A stretch of 64,000 nt of DNA from Lytechinus pictus. Lineage: Eukaryota. The DNA lies in assembly GCF_037042905.1 (NCBI RefSeq), contig NC_087250.1, positions 9,178,001-9,242,000 on the forward strand. Reading direction: 5' to 3'. The translations under genes and the position numbers were made by a program. Of this stretch, positions 1-13,071 are shown piece by piece. How positions within the stretch are numbered: position 1 is the stretch's first letter; every line of letters begins with the position of its first letter. The notes beneath the pieces are model-generated. The model did not search any database, was not told the DNA's origin, and saw only the letters and a program-made list of their open reading frames with translations.

Positions 1-462
1 CAATGTTGTATGCAGTCCATCTTTCTTCCCGCTCTTTATTTTCAATCCTCGGCAGCCCGGTCGTGATATTATTTTTTTCTTGTCCCTTTTCTGTTTTCTA
101 ATTTAGCTTTTGACTGATTCCATTCTACCTTCGTTCCCCGCTATTGTTTGCAATTTTGTCATCTTTTAATTTATTTCCATCATGCTATTGCATTGCATAA
201 GCCTGTTTCGGAATGATTTCTTTGTCAAATATTCTTCTTTCGTACAATTTCCCGCTTTTCTCCTTTTCCATAAATAAAAATCGTTTTCTTCTCACTTTTC
301 CCTTTCCCTTTCCTTTTCCTCCTTTCCTTTTCCCCTTTCCTCCCCCTTTCCCTTTCTTTCTCCCTCCCTTTTTTCCTTTTCCCGTTTTTTTATTTTCCCG
401 GATAAATCTGCCAGGGGGGCAGCTTGCCCCCCCCCCTGCCCCCCGCCTGTTACGCCACTGCC

Positions 463-1110
463 TCTCGCATCGATTTTGTTGGTATGACTAACACACCGTA
501 ATGTACAGTATGTAATGTGCATGGTAATAAAAATGTATCTGATTCAGAAGGATGTAAAGACTAAAAAGGTGTTTCTGTTACATCATAAACAAATGTATTA
601 AATGAAGTCTCTTGGCAACAGTTATAAGATACACTAGCACTGCAGGTAATAGAGATGAAGTTCTGACACATTAATACACAACTCAAAGGAACATGTCGAA
701 GCTACCCCCACTTTATCTGTACTTAAAATTTATGGCCTGTATTCCGAAATCAGGTTTATATTCGAACACAAAATTAGTGTCATATGAAAGATGAATAAAT
801 TTTCTACAAGTTGAAATTATTCATAGGTGATGAAAAGGTAATTCGGCTGAGATTTTAATAAGAAAAGTGAATTTTTGAAATTGTTTCCCCAAAAAATGAA
901 AATTTGCAAAATACTTGATTTACCATAAATCAAAGGGAAAAAAGAATTACCTTGAAACTATCTAGAAAACTTTCTTAATATACAATTATTAAGAAATTTA
1001 ACCTTTTTTACTGCATTTTACAGACTTAAATGTACAATATTGTCATTATCTTTACCACCCTTTTTCACCCTATTGATAAGTTTTTCTAATCTACACCTTT
1101 TTAATCCTGG
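463..1110. repeat. Segments matching 5100-6420 in inverted orientation (DNA-transposon-like repeat)
   Basis: ~463-770 is the reverse complement of ~5100-5405; ~770-1030 of ~5890-6210; ~1065-1110 of ~6360-6402. Confidence 0.75.
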
Positions 1111-1939
1111 AGTTGTATACTGAAGGAATTTATTTTGATGTTCTGAAAACTTAACTATTGTCCCTTGGCCGCCACCTTGACGGCCATCTTGGATTCTGAC
1201 GAAAAACTCTTAACAGAACTTTTAATTCGACATCATCGGAAAGTAAATTACAAATGTTTTGAGGGTATTCTGAGTATGAGAAATTAATTGAGTGGGTTAT
1301 CTTTGATCTTTACGATTTAAATTAAACAATTCTGATACATTAAAGTGCCAAAAATGACAAAAACCTCTTTCTGTTGACCAATGTAAAAAAAGGGAAGGTC
1401 CTTTTGGTACATTGAGATGTGTTGGTTGTGTTATTAATCTATTTACTATTTTCACTTTTAGGTGCAAGATTGTAGACTTAGACATGTGTTGGTGAACTAA
1501 CAATAGCATATTAACCATGCCAAAATGCAAAAGTAGAAAATGTGACCAATCAGTACCACGGAAAAGGCCTCCTGTAAATTGCATTTTACAACTTGCAACA
1601 ACCCACTTATATCATGTCAAAATGTAAGCTTTATGGTTCATAGGGAGGACTTAGCCAAACTTTGACAGACAGGCAGTCAATCTTAGATCTCATTGGCAGG
1701 CTCATGTGCTAGATTTGGCCGATCTTTTGGAGCTAAAACTTTGTGCCAATGTGATCTTGAAAGATATATTCCTGATCAAGAAGTTGTAAACTTTGGACTG
1801 GAAGAGCATTTTTGCTTGCCGCAAAATTCAGGATAATTTTTTTCTTATTGAGAAAAAATTTCCGGAATTTTCTTGGTTGCAAGTCCGGGCAACCATGATG
1901 GCAGTTTTAGTTGCCAATGTCACCCGGGCAACCACTAAC

Positions 1940-4922
1940 TTCGAGCCCTGCTTTGGAGTGGGGATGGTGGATGGAATTTCCCTCACGTGTGATCTGTTCC
2001 TTCTCAAGATTCCGCCGTTTGGCTTTGATACTTCATAAGGCCAGGGTTCCTCACAGACTTTGGATACTTTGGCTGGTATCCAAGTGTGGCCTCTTGGATG
2101 TAGAACTATCACTGGCTGTCCTACATGCAGAGGTGGTAGATCAGAACTTGCATGTCGATAATGCACTTCCTTCATCTTGTCGTGCCTATTCAAGAGAAAA
2201 CCAGTGGTAGTAGAATCTCTCGAAAAATAGTGACTTGGCAATGTGGTTCTGATGGGTCTACCAAATAATATATCTGCTGGTGATCTCAAGTTACTTTCGA
2301 CTGCGTTGCTCTCAGGGTCATCATTGCTTGTTGACTGTCTTGGCCAGTCTGAGAACATTTTGTCAACACATTCTTGACTGTACGAACCATCCTCTGAGCT
2401 AATCCGTTTAATCTTGGATAGTATGGAGAAAAAGTAATGTGCTTGATATTCCATTTTTTTTTATTCTGCCTTGCTTTATCTTTCTGGTATGTTTCACACT
2501 GCTTTATCAACTGGTCGATGTCCTTGTTGATGTTTAGCAAGAACACTGTCTCACGAGCAAGTCGTCTGGTACTTTGGATTCCCATGTGTCCTAGGTGAAG
2601 CTGTCAAAAGATATCATTCCTCAGTGACTTGACTTCTTTTTCTCCATGTGATAATCCGATGTTATCTCTGTACGACCAGTACTGCCTAAGAGATTTCGGT
2701 AACTCTTGGATTGTTTCAGGCCGACCCTGAGTAACTATCTACCATAATGATCTGAGAATTGGATCATTAGCCGTTTGTCTTTGAAGTTCTGTCCTCTTGT
2801 ATTGTCCGAAGAGTAAAAATTTGATCGCATATGCGAATCTTTAACCTCAGAGCAGATGGATTTAATTCTGACACCTAGCGGTACATCGCATGCTTCCTTG
2901 GGATTAGGAAGTCGACCAACGTATCGGAAAGAATCATGTCTTTTCCAGGTCGGTAATTGACTTGACAACTGTTTCCTTGGACTTTGATAAGCGATCGCTG
3001 TAGATGTGGTGGTGCACTTCTAAGAGGTTTTTTCATATAATTTCCAGTGGTCTGTGATCGGTTATGACTGTGAATTCCTTCCCGAACAGTTATGTATGGA
3101 AGCGTTTGATACCAAACACTAGGACTAAGATTTCCCTCTCTATGTTTAAGTAGTTTGACTGTGCAGTGGAAAGACTTTGGACGCAAACGCAACAGGTTGC
3201 CTTCCTGAAGCAGGCATGCCCTAGATCTTCCATTGATGCATCTACCTCGACAGTTGTCTCTTTCTCTGGGTCATATAATTGTAGACATGCACCTGATGAT
3301 ACTGCACATTTCAGGCTGTTCAAGGAATGTTCATGATCATCGTCCCAGATGAACGGTACTTCCTTGTGAATAAGTTATCGAATTGGTGCTGACTTCTCCG
3401 AGAAACTAGGAATGTATGCTGCTAGGTATTTGAACAATATTTGGCATTTCTGAACATCTTCTTTGTCCTTGGGTAAGAGTACTTGGATAATGTGTTGGCG
3501 TCTACCTTGCTAGGATCTGGGTAGATATGATCTAGTGCACTTGGAGCCAAAGACGTCGATAGCTTCTTTCTTGATTGTGCACTTGGAGCTGTTGAACACT
3601 AAGCCTTCTTGCTTTGCTGTCTCCATGAGTAAGTACAGATTCTTGTCGTGTTCCCCCTCCGTTCTCCATACAATAGCTATGTCATATGCAATGCATATGC
3701 AGCCTGGCACATTCTGGACAATCATATCCATGTGCTGCTGGAAGATCTCTTGGCTAGTGCATAGACCAAATGGTAATCTTTGGAAGCAGGACCTTCCAGA
3801 TGGTGTTCGGAATGTCGTAAGGTCTTGGCATTCCTTAGCCAGGTGAACTGACCAGTAACCAGCCTTTGTGACTAAATTGGAGAAGTACTGGGGTCCTGCA
3901 AAGATAGGTTGGACCTCCTCTAAGGTACCTTGTGTGGGCATCTCTTCAAGGCGTTGTTTAACCTCCTTGTGTCAAGACAAATTCTGATAGAACCGTCTTT
4001 CTTCACAATAGTGGTCATGGAGCTGCACCAATCGGTGTGGTACTCGATTTTCCTGGTGACTCCTTGCTGCTCGATCTTGTCCAGTTCAGCCTTGATCTTG
4101 TCCCTCAAGTGTACGCTGCACTTGCGTGTTGCATCTATGATAGGTTTAGCGATATCCTTGACATGAAGCATCGCTTTTCCTTTGAAACTACCAATAGCAT
4201 CAAATTGCTCTGGAAATGTTTGTTTGAGATCCTAATCACTTGTGATAGGTGTTTGTTTAGGTTTAGGGTTAGGTGTAGGTGTGTCATAATTGTGCATTGA
4301 GTGAATTGTGATAATTCCAAGGTCAGTGCAACATAACAACCATAGGATAGCTGAAACCTTGGCATCTGCTTCATAGAATGTCTGTGTTGACCATTTTGGA
4401 CTGTAACATTTTATGTCTAGTGTACCTTTACATTTAATTGGAATCTCACCATAAGCTACACGTTTTACTGGTGCTTGTTTCACTAATGATTCCCACTTTG
4501 AACTTTATATTGCATTGGCGGTACGTAGTGGGATAGTGCTAGCACTTGCACCTGAGTCAACTCTAAGGTAGAGCTTATGTTGACCGACTCTGTGGGAATA
4601 TTATGTCAATGTTAGCAAGTGCTACTGTACCTTCTGAATTTACAACTGTGGCCCATTTGTGTGTATTGTGTCAAATTATGCAAAGTTGGATCGACTGCCT
4701 TTAGAGTGATAATGATCAGTCATAGTATTGTGTGCTGTGTCCATTTCGCTGATCTGTAAGTTCTTTCGACCTTTTGATTTTGATCGTGATTTCTTTTGTT
4801 TTGGTAAACGATCATCAGATACCATATCAGACCCTCGGTAATCTGAACTATTATATGGTTTTCGACTATGATCACTTTTTGATCATGTTGATTGACGACA
4901 GAATTTCGCCCAACGACCTTTC
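1940..4922 (-). mobile_element. Decayed Gypsy/Ty3 LTR-retrotransposon internal region (gag end, protease, RT, RNase H, integrase); no LTRs seen
   Basis: Frameshifted fragments in Gypsy order: zinc-knuckle remnant KGRWAKFCR (~4890-4922), protease LRVDSGAS (~4540-4580), RT (IRICLD..LN, RLPFGL..SQEIFQ, IAYDI), RNase H (EVDAS, YLNIEREIL), integrase (SPYYPRLNGLAQRMVRTVK, SPADILFGRPIRT, GILRRNRSH). Confidence 0.9.
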
Positions 4923-5099
4923 ACTGTGTAGAGCCAATTCCATTTATTGACACCCAAATTGTTCAAAATTGTCTGAGAATGATAATTGAGTTTTTTCCCT
5001 TCATTATGAAAGCTAAAGGAACAGAGTAGTAAACATAAGAGATATACAATATAAAATAATTTTTAAATTTTGGCTCTTCATAAATTTAGAAAAGAGTTA

Positions 5100-6432
5100 G
5101 ACCGTGTTCGAAAATAAACCTGATTATGGAATACAGGCCATAGATTCAAAATACAGATAAGGTGGGGGTAGCTTTGACATGTTCCTTTGAGTTGTGTATT
5201 GATGTGTCAGAACTTCATCTCTATTTAATACCTGCATTGCATATAACTGTTTCCAAGAGACTTCATTTAATAAATTTCTTTATGATGCAACAGAAACACC
5301 TTCTTTTCTTTACATCCTTCTGAATCATTTACATTTATATTACCATGCACATTACATACTGTACATTAGGGTGTGTTAGTCATACCAACAAAATCGATGC
5401 GAGAGACTATTGTATTATTTGAATGACAAACCATTAATCACTTTGCAATCGTTTTCATGGGTGTGACTGCCGCACTGAGGTTGCTTTTTGGCCTCACTTT
5501 AGCGCAAAATCGGTTAATACATTCAGCATATTTTCCTTCTATCTAAGCAAATGAAGATACTTATGGTGGTATGAAGCCTGCTAATATTCTCGTTGATACG
5601 TCCTCTTTCATATGAATGTTGAGATTGTGCATTTACTACTGCTATTCATAATAAATCTGATCAATAACAGTGCATGTGCAATTATTTTTACCAAAAACAT
5701 GCAAATTTTTGCCAAAAGTCTTACTTCTTTCAAAAACTATATCAACCGACATTAAATTGAAGAATAAAGGGATTGTAGTAAATTCTACCAACAAAATAAT
5801 AGATAATTTTGCATTTCATTAATGCCTATTTCCGTTTTCTGGGTTGAAAATGTGACAATATACATTAGTATATCCAAGTCTGCGATATGCAGTAAAAAAA
5901 ACTAAATTTCTGAAAATTGAATTTTCAAGTTTGAGACATCATAAGTTTGTGACGTAAAATGATATCAATTTGGAATTTCGTCCACTTAATTGTTGTATAT
6001 AAAAAAAAGTTTTCTAGGAAATTTTCAAGGCAACTCCCTCATTTTCATCAGATTGATGGTAAATCATGTATTTCGCAAATTTTCAATTTTTGGGAAAAAA
6101 ATCTCAAATTTGCAATTTTCTTATTAAATCTCAGTCGAATTACCTTTTCATCACCTATGAATAGTATCAACTTGTAGAAAATTTATTTATCTTTCATATG
6201 ACAATAATTTGGTGGCAAATGAATGTTTGTGTCGGAATCTATGTACGAAAATCAAAATCCCATGAATATGGCGGCCATTTTGGACGCCATCCTGGATTTG
6301 AATCCCATGGGACAATATTTCGTTTTGGGGACATCAAAATTAATTCACTAGACATCTTAAGGATCACAAAAATGTAGGTTAAAAAAATATATCAATAGGG
6401 TGCATGGGAACCCTATCTCCCTACCAGACTAA
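5100..6432. repeat. DNA-transposon-like repeat, partner of 463-1110
   Basis: Inverted matches to 463-1110 as listed for that feature. Confidence 0.65.
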
Positions 6433-6574
6433 ATGTTTCGCTAAAAATCGCCTCTGGTATCTTCTTTTCATAAATTATACCGGTAGTTTGTAATAAAAAA
6501 TAATTTTGATCAAGTTCACACTTAGTTACCAATAATGCATATAGCATTTCCATTTATTTGAAAGCAGGATAAAA

Positions 6575-6684
6575 GAGCATTGCAGATAAAATGCCTTGTT
6601 CACGGGCATAGCTGCCGCGGCCGGGAATCGAACCCCTGACTTTTTAATTTATAGCCAGGCGCCTTAGACCACTCGGTCACGGCA
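6575..6684 (-). mobile_element. tRNA-derived SINE head
   Basis: Minus-strand A box (TGACCGAGTGG) and B box (GGTTCGATTCC), followed by SINE body rather than an acceptor stem. Confidence 0.7.
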
Positions 6685-7589
6685 GATTGCATACCAGTAT
6701 TCGATTTGTTTTCCTGTTGCAATTTCAAGAGTGAAGGGGTAAATGTGACTCAAATAGTGGATCTGAAATCATACCTCCCAACGCTCTCGTCGTCTCGTTC
6801 TACGTTTCATTTCTATCTCCCTTTATCCCCCAAAATAACCATGCTACCGATTACTGTTCGTCGCAATGAAAGAAAGTAAATTATTTTTATTTCCTAATTC
6901 CCTAGCTCAAGCGGAAATAGATATTTTCCTATTGAGCCTCTTTCTTTGCAAAAGAAACATATATAATATATAATTAATAAACTAGAATCATATTACCTTG
7001 AGAGGCACCGTACTTCAGCTGCAGGGACAAGACATTTTCTCTGCTCTCTCTCTCTCTCTTTCCTTTGACTTACATTTGTGATAAAACAGGAGTCAGAAAA
7101 AAGGAAGTTATATACCTGGGTTAGTGGGTTGTCAAAAATGGTTAATTGATAGACATAAGTTTATTAATGTTCTTGACATAAATTTTTATATCTCCAATTA
7201 CCTTAAAGAAGTCATTCTACACAGTATTAAGGCTCATTCATTTATCCACTACTTTGTGGAAAAATACGTTTAAAGTTGATCTCAGCAGCAATAAGGAGCC
7301 ACGTAACTGCAATACATCAATGCTCACTTATGTTATGTTTCGTGTAAAAACTGAAGGGAAATTGTAAATGAGTTTTTAGAAGCGTGACTTGTCCGATGCG
7401 TGTTGAAAACGGTTAATGATTGAAACGACTCTTACATGACTTCACACAGTTTAACTTTCCCGCCTCTCCAACTGATTTGCATACTTGGAATGCAAAGCAC
7501 GTAACCAACAATAGGAAACATTATTATTTCCTAATTCGCTAGCTCAACCGGAAATAAATATTTAGCAATCAAAAATCAAAATTTCTGGA

Positions 7590-8372
7590 TATTTTCCATA
7601 TAAGGATGCTCATATATATGTAAATGAGGTAAATTTATTTACGATTTTTTATTTAAAAATAAATAGATTTGTAAAACTTATCATGGGCTTCAGTTCAATT
7701 CATATTGTTTTTTTGCACTTGATTTCCAATATTTGGATTATTTTCCTTATTTATAATTTATTATGGCTAATTTGCATAAAATGCAAATTTGTGGTTTTCC
7801 TATATGCTTGTATATTTAAGGACTTTCAATATGGTGTTTAGGAAACCTTCCTGTAAAGTATTGCCATAATCCGAATTCAATAGATAATCTACTTGCAATT
7901 TTTGAGGGATGTATCGCCAGTGTGTTTTCTTGAATATTTATAACATGTTAGAAACTTTTATTTGCATAATATGCAAATTACACTACAGACACTAAGCTGA
8001 ATACAAATGTATTCAACGTCTTTAGTGATAGCAGCATGTAAATTTCAACATTAATGAATTTTTCAAGCAGTTAATGAGAGAAAAATCACAATATCTTGAC
8101 ATTTTTCCATATAAGGATGCTTATTTGCATATTATGCAAATGAGGTAGATTTGTTTTCACTTTGACAAAAAAATGAATAAAGTTATTTACCATGCATTTT
8201 CGCTCAAATTAAATTGTTTTGGACACTCAATTTGTAATCTTTGGGCTTTTTTCCTTATTTTTCTAACTTTTTATGGCTAATTTGCATAATATGCAAATTT
8301 CATAAATTTCCACTGCTTGGATTTCTTGGGACTTTTAGTATGTTGTTTAGGAGACCTTCCTGGAAAGTATTG
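7590..8372. repeat. Diverged direct repeat (~7590-7865 vs ~8100-8372)
   Basis: Shared TTTTCCATATAAGGATGCT...TTATGGCTAATTTGCATAA...ACCTTCCTG.AAAGTATTGC. Confidence 0.65.
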
Positions 8373-8516
8373 CAGTGGAATATCTCGTGTTGCAATTAGT
8401 GGTGGGTCAAACCCTATATTGACTGCACTATAGCTTTCGAGGTTTTTTGGGGAAAAGTTTACGCGTGCTGCCCCTCCCAGCGAAAAATGTCTACGTACGA
8501 CCATGTTTACATACAA

Positions 8517-9770
8517 AACTCACACCAACTCTTGATCGGAATTACCTTGCACTGTTGCTAAATTCACCCCAACTAAAACGGCGAATTGTATATGTCACAC
8601 AATAGCTTTTGGTGATCTGGATTAGATGTCGCCGATCTGACTGAAGCATTCATTGCTTAGCGACGCCCGACGGATCCAAGAAACGGTAAATGTATTAAAA
8701 ATACCCCCGTAAATGACAATATACAGCTTGGAGGTTCTTGTTGAAAATTGGTGAACCGGAACAAAAGTGTCGTCCTAAGTTTTGGAGCAGACGAAAGATT
8801 GCAAATCCGCCCGTTTTTTCAGGACGAAAAATAACTCTTGTATTCTTGTAACATTAACCCAATTAGAGAACGACATTATGTCGACATGGTAAGGTAAAGC
8901 ATTTTGCCACCTCGTCAAGATGGTGGCATTTTAAAGCTTCCCTAGACCCAACTCATCCAGGACAAAGTTAGCAATCAACTCAGCTCAATCGAAACACCAC
9001 TTTCTTAACTAAATATTTTGATTTCCTTAAACACGAGAAATTATTACGCATTTATGTTTGATTTTTTTTTATTTAGTTCTACACAAAGATAATCGTTCGT
9101 AGACAACAGAAGAAACAATGTAACTATGAAATCATGTTCTACATTATATACCAGAAAATAATGTCAGTTTTAGTAACTTAAGAAGAAAGTACCTGTATGT
9201 ATACGATTTGTTGATTTTAGTCACGATGGACTATCAGATATGAATCACTTTTCTGGTTGAATATTTACATTCGGCTGCAATTTTCCTGCATTTTCTATCG
9301 TTTTCGAAATGTATTAAACCAGAGGAACATTCAGTTACATGAGATTCATCTCTATAGAAAAAATAAACAAGTGTAGTTGATCTGGTAATCGTCTGCTGTC
9401 AGAAAGATATCTTCGTTTGGGTAGGAAAAAAGTGCATTACGTTTACTTAAATTAAACTTACATTTGAGAGCATAATATTTTTTTTCTTGCACTTTCTCTC
9501 GTTATTCAAATTCATTAGAACAAGATGCACCTCATTTAAGACAATATTGATTTCTAAAAAAGTATGGTTGATTTGGGGGTCGTGTGCGGTCAGAGAGATA
9601 TCTTGGCTTGGGTAGAAGATCGGTGAAGATTCTCGTGTTCTTCTCCATGGCAGTCAAGTACTTTCAGCAGTTGTTCAACGTACCGGCAACAGCTCTCTTC
9701 AGCCTCCGGATGAACGGAGTTAGCTTCATGCCATTTCGGCTGCCTGTCATGGAATAAAAGAAATCATACA
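8517..9770. repeat. ~1.25-kb direct duplication, copy 1
   Basis: Colinear similarity to 11390-12680, from CTCACACCAACTCTTGATCGGAAT to CTCCGGATGAACGGAGTTAGCTTCATGCC...ATGGAATAAA. Confidence 0.85.
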
Positions 9771-10647
9771 CGGCCATAATAATAACTAGATTTTAATTCG
9801 TCATGCGGACGAATTAGGTGGTCTGTCCTTATTCTCGCCATCATGATCACTATTACCATGTTCAAGCAGATCAATATGATCTTCATGATGACAACGGAAT
9901 GTTCATTATGGATGGAATACTTGTGAAAGACGGGAGATGATAAAGCACTGTGAAAAGGGTCTCTTTGATATATGAAAATACATGTGATATGAAAAAAGTA
10001 ATTATAATCTGTTTAATCTTGCTAAATTTTAACTTTCATACCTTTTAATTATCATAAAGGATCATGTACGAGGTGGTAAATAGAAAAAAAAAAGAAAAAA
10101 AAAATCATCTTGTTCACCCCCAGGACTCGAACCTGCGCCCCCGAGAACTCAAGTCAAGTGCGTTATCCATTGAGCCACGATATTCCCCATAGAGATTACA
10201 CGTAAGCAAATTTGAGAATTACAAATCCAATTTTGCAAGCGAAAAACGGGCATGATCCTGACATCTGATCGAAAAATGGAGGGCACACTACCGAAAGCTT
10301 AGAATTTCAGACAAAAATGATTAAACTATATGATATTCACAATTTACATGTAAACATCACATGAATATCATAATACATCACATTTTTTGCCGAGGATAGG
10401 TGTAGTTGATGGGATGAGGATTTATTATTATTAGTAGGATAGCATGCATATGATTAGATATACCGGTAGTAATAATTATAATAATGATAATGATAATAAT
10501 AATAATAGCTGTTTATGTAGCGCTATCCGTATAAAAAATATTATTTTTGTTTATTATCATTATTATTGCAGCGCTCTGTGCATTCAAGGAATTAGAGTTT
10601 TCCCATTTACGAAGGAGCCGCTCTCCAAATCGCACCGATCCTATTAA

Positions 10648-10819
10648 AAATGCAAGCCAAACCGCAATGAAGAGCTGAGAGGCTTTTGTCGAAAGTTGTT
10701 GGACCGGGACAGCAGATTATCGGAAGATTTGCACCGGACAAACAATTCCAAATATGCCGTTGTCCATCAACTTTCGAAAAAAGCCTCTCAGTTGTCTATT
10801 GTGATTTGACTTGCATTTC
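10648..10819. mobile_element. Short palindromic MITE-like element
   Basis: Imperfect ~60-bp arms AAATGCAAG...CTGAGAGGCTTTT.TCGAAAGTTG / CAACTTTCGAAAAAAGCCTCTCAG...CTTGCATTT. Confidence 0.65.
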
Positions 10820-11389
10820 CAAAGGAATTGGTGCGTTGTAGGGTAAATGCGGAGACTCTCTATTTCTTCCGCGGCGCCGCGCGGGTACCCCTATTCCATG
10901 TGACAATTGTTATATTGTGGAATAGGGATGCAAAGAAACAAGTCGCCCTGAAACCAAATGTATTTTCCAAACATGATGTTCGAGCAACGATATCTTACAA
11001 CGTCCAATAATTTTTTTATAACGTTGTAAAACGTTGGAGCATTGTATTATCAGCCAACGTTGCAACGACGTCATAATTGATGGTTCAGCCGACAATGGGC
11101 GTTGACAGACGCTGTAAGAGCATTGTTTGCGGACCACGATGGTCTAATCTGTTGATGAACGATATATAGACTGTAACTCTCTCATCGATCCTGCAACGTT
11201 GCCTGTAACTTAGGGGCAAAAACAGTTGTGAAAAAAAGTCCCAAAATTGCATTGTCCAACGTTGTAAAAACATCCTCTTTTGTTACCATGGGCTCTTACC
11301 CATTCTCCTCTCACATATAGGGCCTACTGTGTATTTGCATCAAACCGGACTACCCCTCTCCCCTCTATCTCTCTAAAATTCATGTCCAA

Positions 11390-12680
11390 ATCTCACACCA
11401 ACTCTTGATCGGAATCCCTTGCACTGTAGCTAAATAAATGACGAATTGTATGTAACACAATAGCTTTTGCTAATCTGGAGAAGATGTCGCTGTCTGACCA
11501 TGGACCTTTATCAAGTGATGGACATTCATCGCTTAGATAATGAATTCACTAACAGGTGACTGTAATTGTGATCTGAATAATATTCTCTTCTCGCCCGTTT
11601 TTTTTTAAGTCGACTTGGCAACACGATATATATCGTCAAGTCGACTTTTTTTTTCCAAGTCGACTAGTTAAGATAAGATATTTTCCTTTTAAAATGACTT
11701 GGCAGGACAACATATCTCGCTATGTTGACATAAAAACGACGTTTTGCAAGGTAAAATATCCTGCCATCTCGGCAAGACGGGGGCACTTTAAAGCTTCCCT
11801 AAACCCAACTCATCCAAGACAACATTAGCAACCATATCACCTCAGTCGGAAACACCCCTTTGTAAACTAAATATTTCAATTTCCTTAAACACGAGAATCA
11901 TGACGATTTTATGTTTGAAACATATTCCTTTTTTTTTAAATTTCAGTTCTACCCACAAAGAAAATCTTTCGTAGACGATAGAAGAAACAAAGTAATTATG
12001 AAATCATGTGCTACATAACCGGAACATACCAGAAAAAATGTCATTTTTAACGAAGTAACTTAGTAAGAAAATGCCAGTTTGTATACGATTTGTTGATTTT
12101 AGTCATGATGGACTATCAGATATGAATAACTTTTCTGGTTAAAAGATATCTACATTCGGCTGCAAGACATCATTTATTTTCCTGCATTTTCTCTCGTTTT
12201 GGAAATATATTAGAACCAGATGCACCTCCATAAATGCCATAACATGATATTGGAGATTGATTTATTTAAAAAATAAAGATGTATAGTTAACCCGGTAATC
12301 GTGTGCTGTCAGAGATATATCTCCGTTTGGGTAGAAAAAAAATGCATTCCGTTTATTCAAATAAAAATTCCATTTGAAAGCGTAATATTTTTTTTTTTGC
12401 ATTTTCTCTCGTTATTGGGAATTCATTACAACGAGATGACTTCCATTAACACAATATTGATTCTAAAAAGTATATAGTAGATTTGGGAATCGTGTGCTGT
12501 CAGAAAGATATCTTGGCTTGGGTAGAAGATCGGTAAAGATTCAAGTGTTCTTTTCCATGTCAGTCAAGTACTTTTCATCAGTTTTTCAACGTGCCTGCAA
12601 CAGCTTTCTTCACCCTCCGGATGAACGGAGTTAGCTTCATGCCGCTTTGGGCAGCCTGTTTATGGAATAAAGCAAATCAT
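11390..12680. repeat. ~1.25-kb direct duplication, copy 2
   Basis: Colinear similarity to 8517-9770. Confidence 0.85.
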
Positions 12681-12826
12681 GCATATACATGGTAACAATA
12701 AAGCATATTTTCAGAATGAACATAATCGGCATATTCGCAATAAAATCGGTTTTACTTGTATTCTGCCCTTGATGGGGTAGTTCACCCTAGAAAAAATTTG
12801 TTATAATGAAAAAAAGAAACAATATG

Positions 12827-13071
12827 CACTGCAAAAACTCCGGTGTTGATTTAACACCAGCCCGGAATCTATATATGTCCACACCAGAGAAGTGTTGAAC
12901 AACACCAGTTTCGTTTTGGTCTAACACCAGATACGTGTTTTATATACAACACCAATTAGTATTAAAACAGCATCGGTTTGATTCCAAACTGGTATTGTTT
13001 CAATACTTCTCTGGTGTGGACATATGTAGATTCCGGGCTGGTGTTAAATCAACACCGGAGTTCATGCAGTG
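12827..13071. mobile_element. Palindromic MITE
   Basis: Long TIRs CACTGCAAAAACTCCGGTGTTGATTTAACACCAGCCCGGAATCTA and its reverse complement. Confidence 0.85.

Noticed and set aside
10105..10180. tRNA-like sequence on the minus strand (also the tRNA-like heads at ~26.35, 26.6, 46.5, 59.1 and 61.4 kb)
   Set aside because: A/B boxes are present but I could not build a clean cloverleaf, and most continue into SINE bodies; not called as tRNA genes
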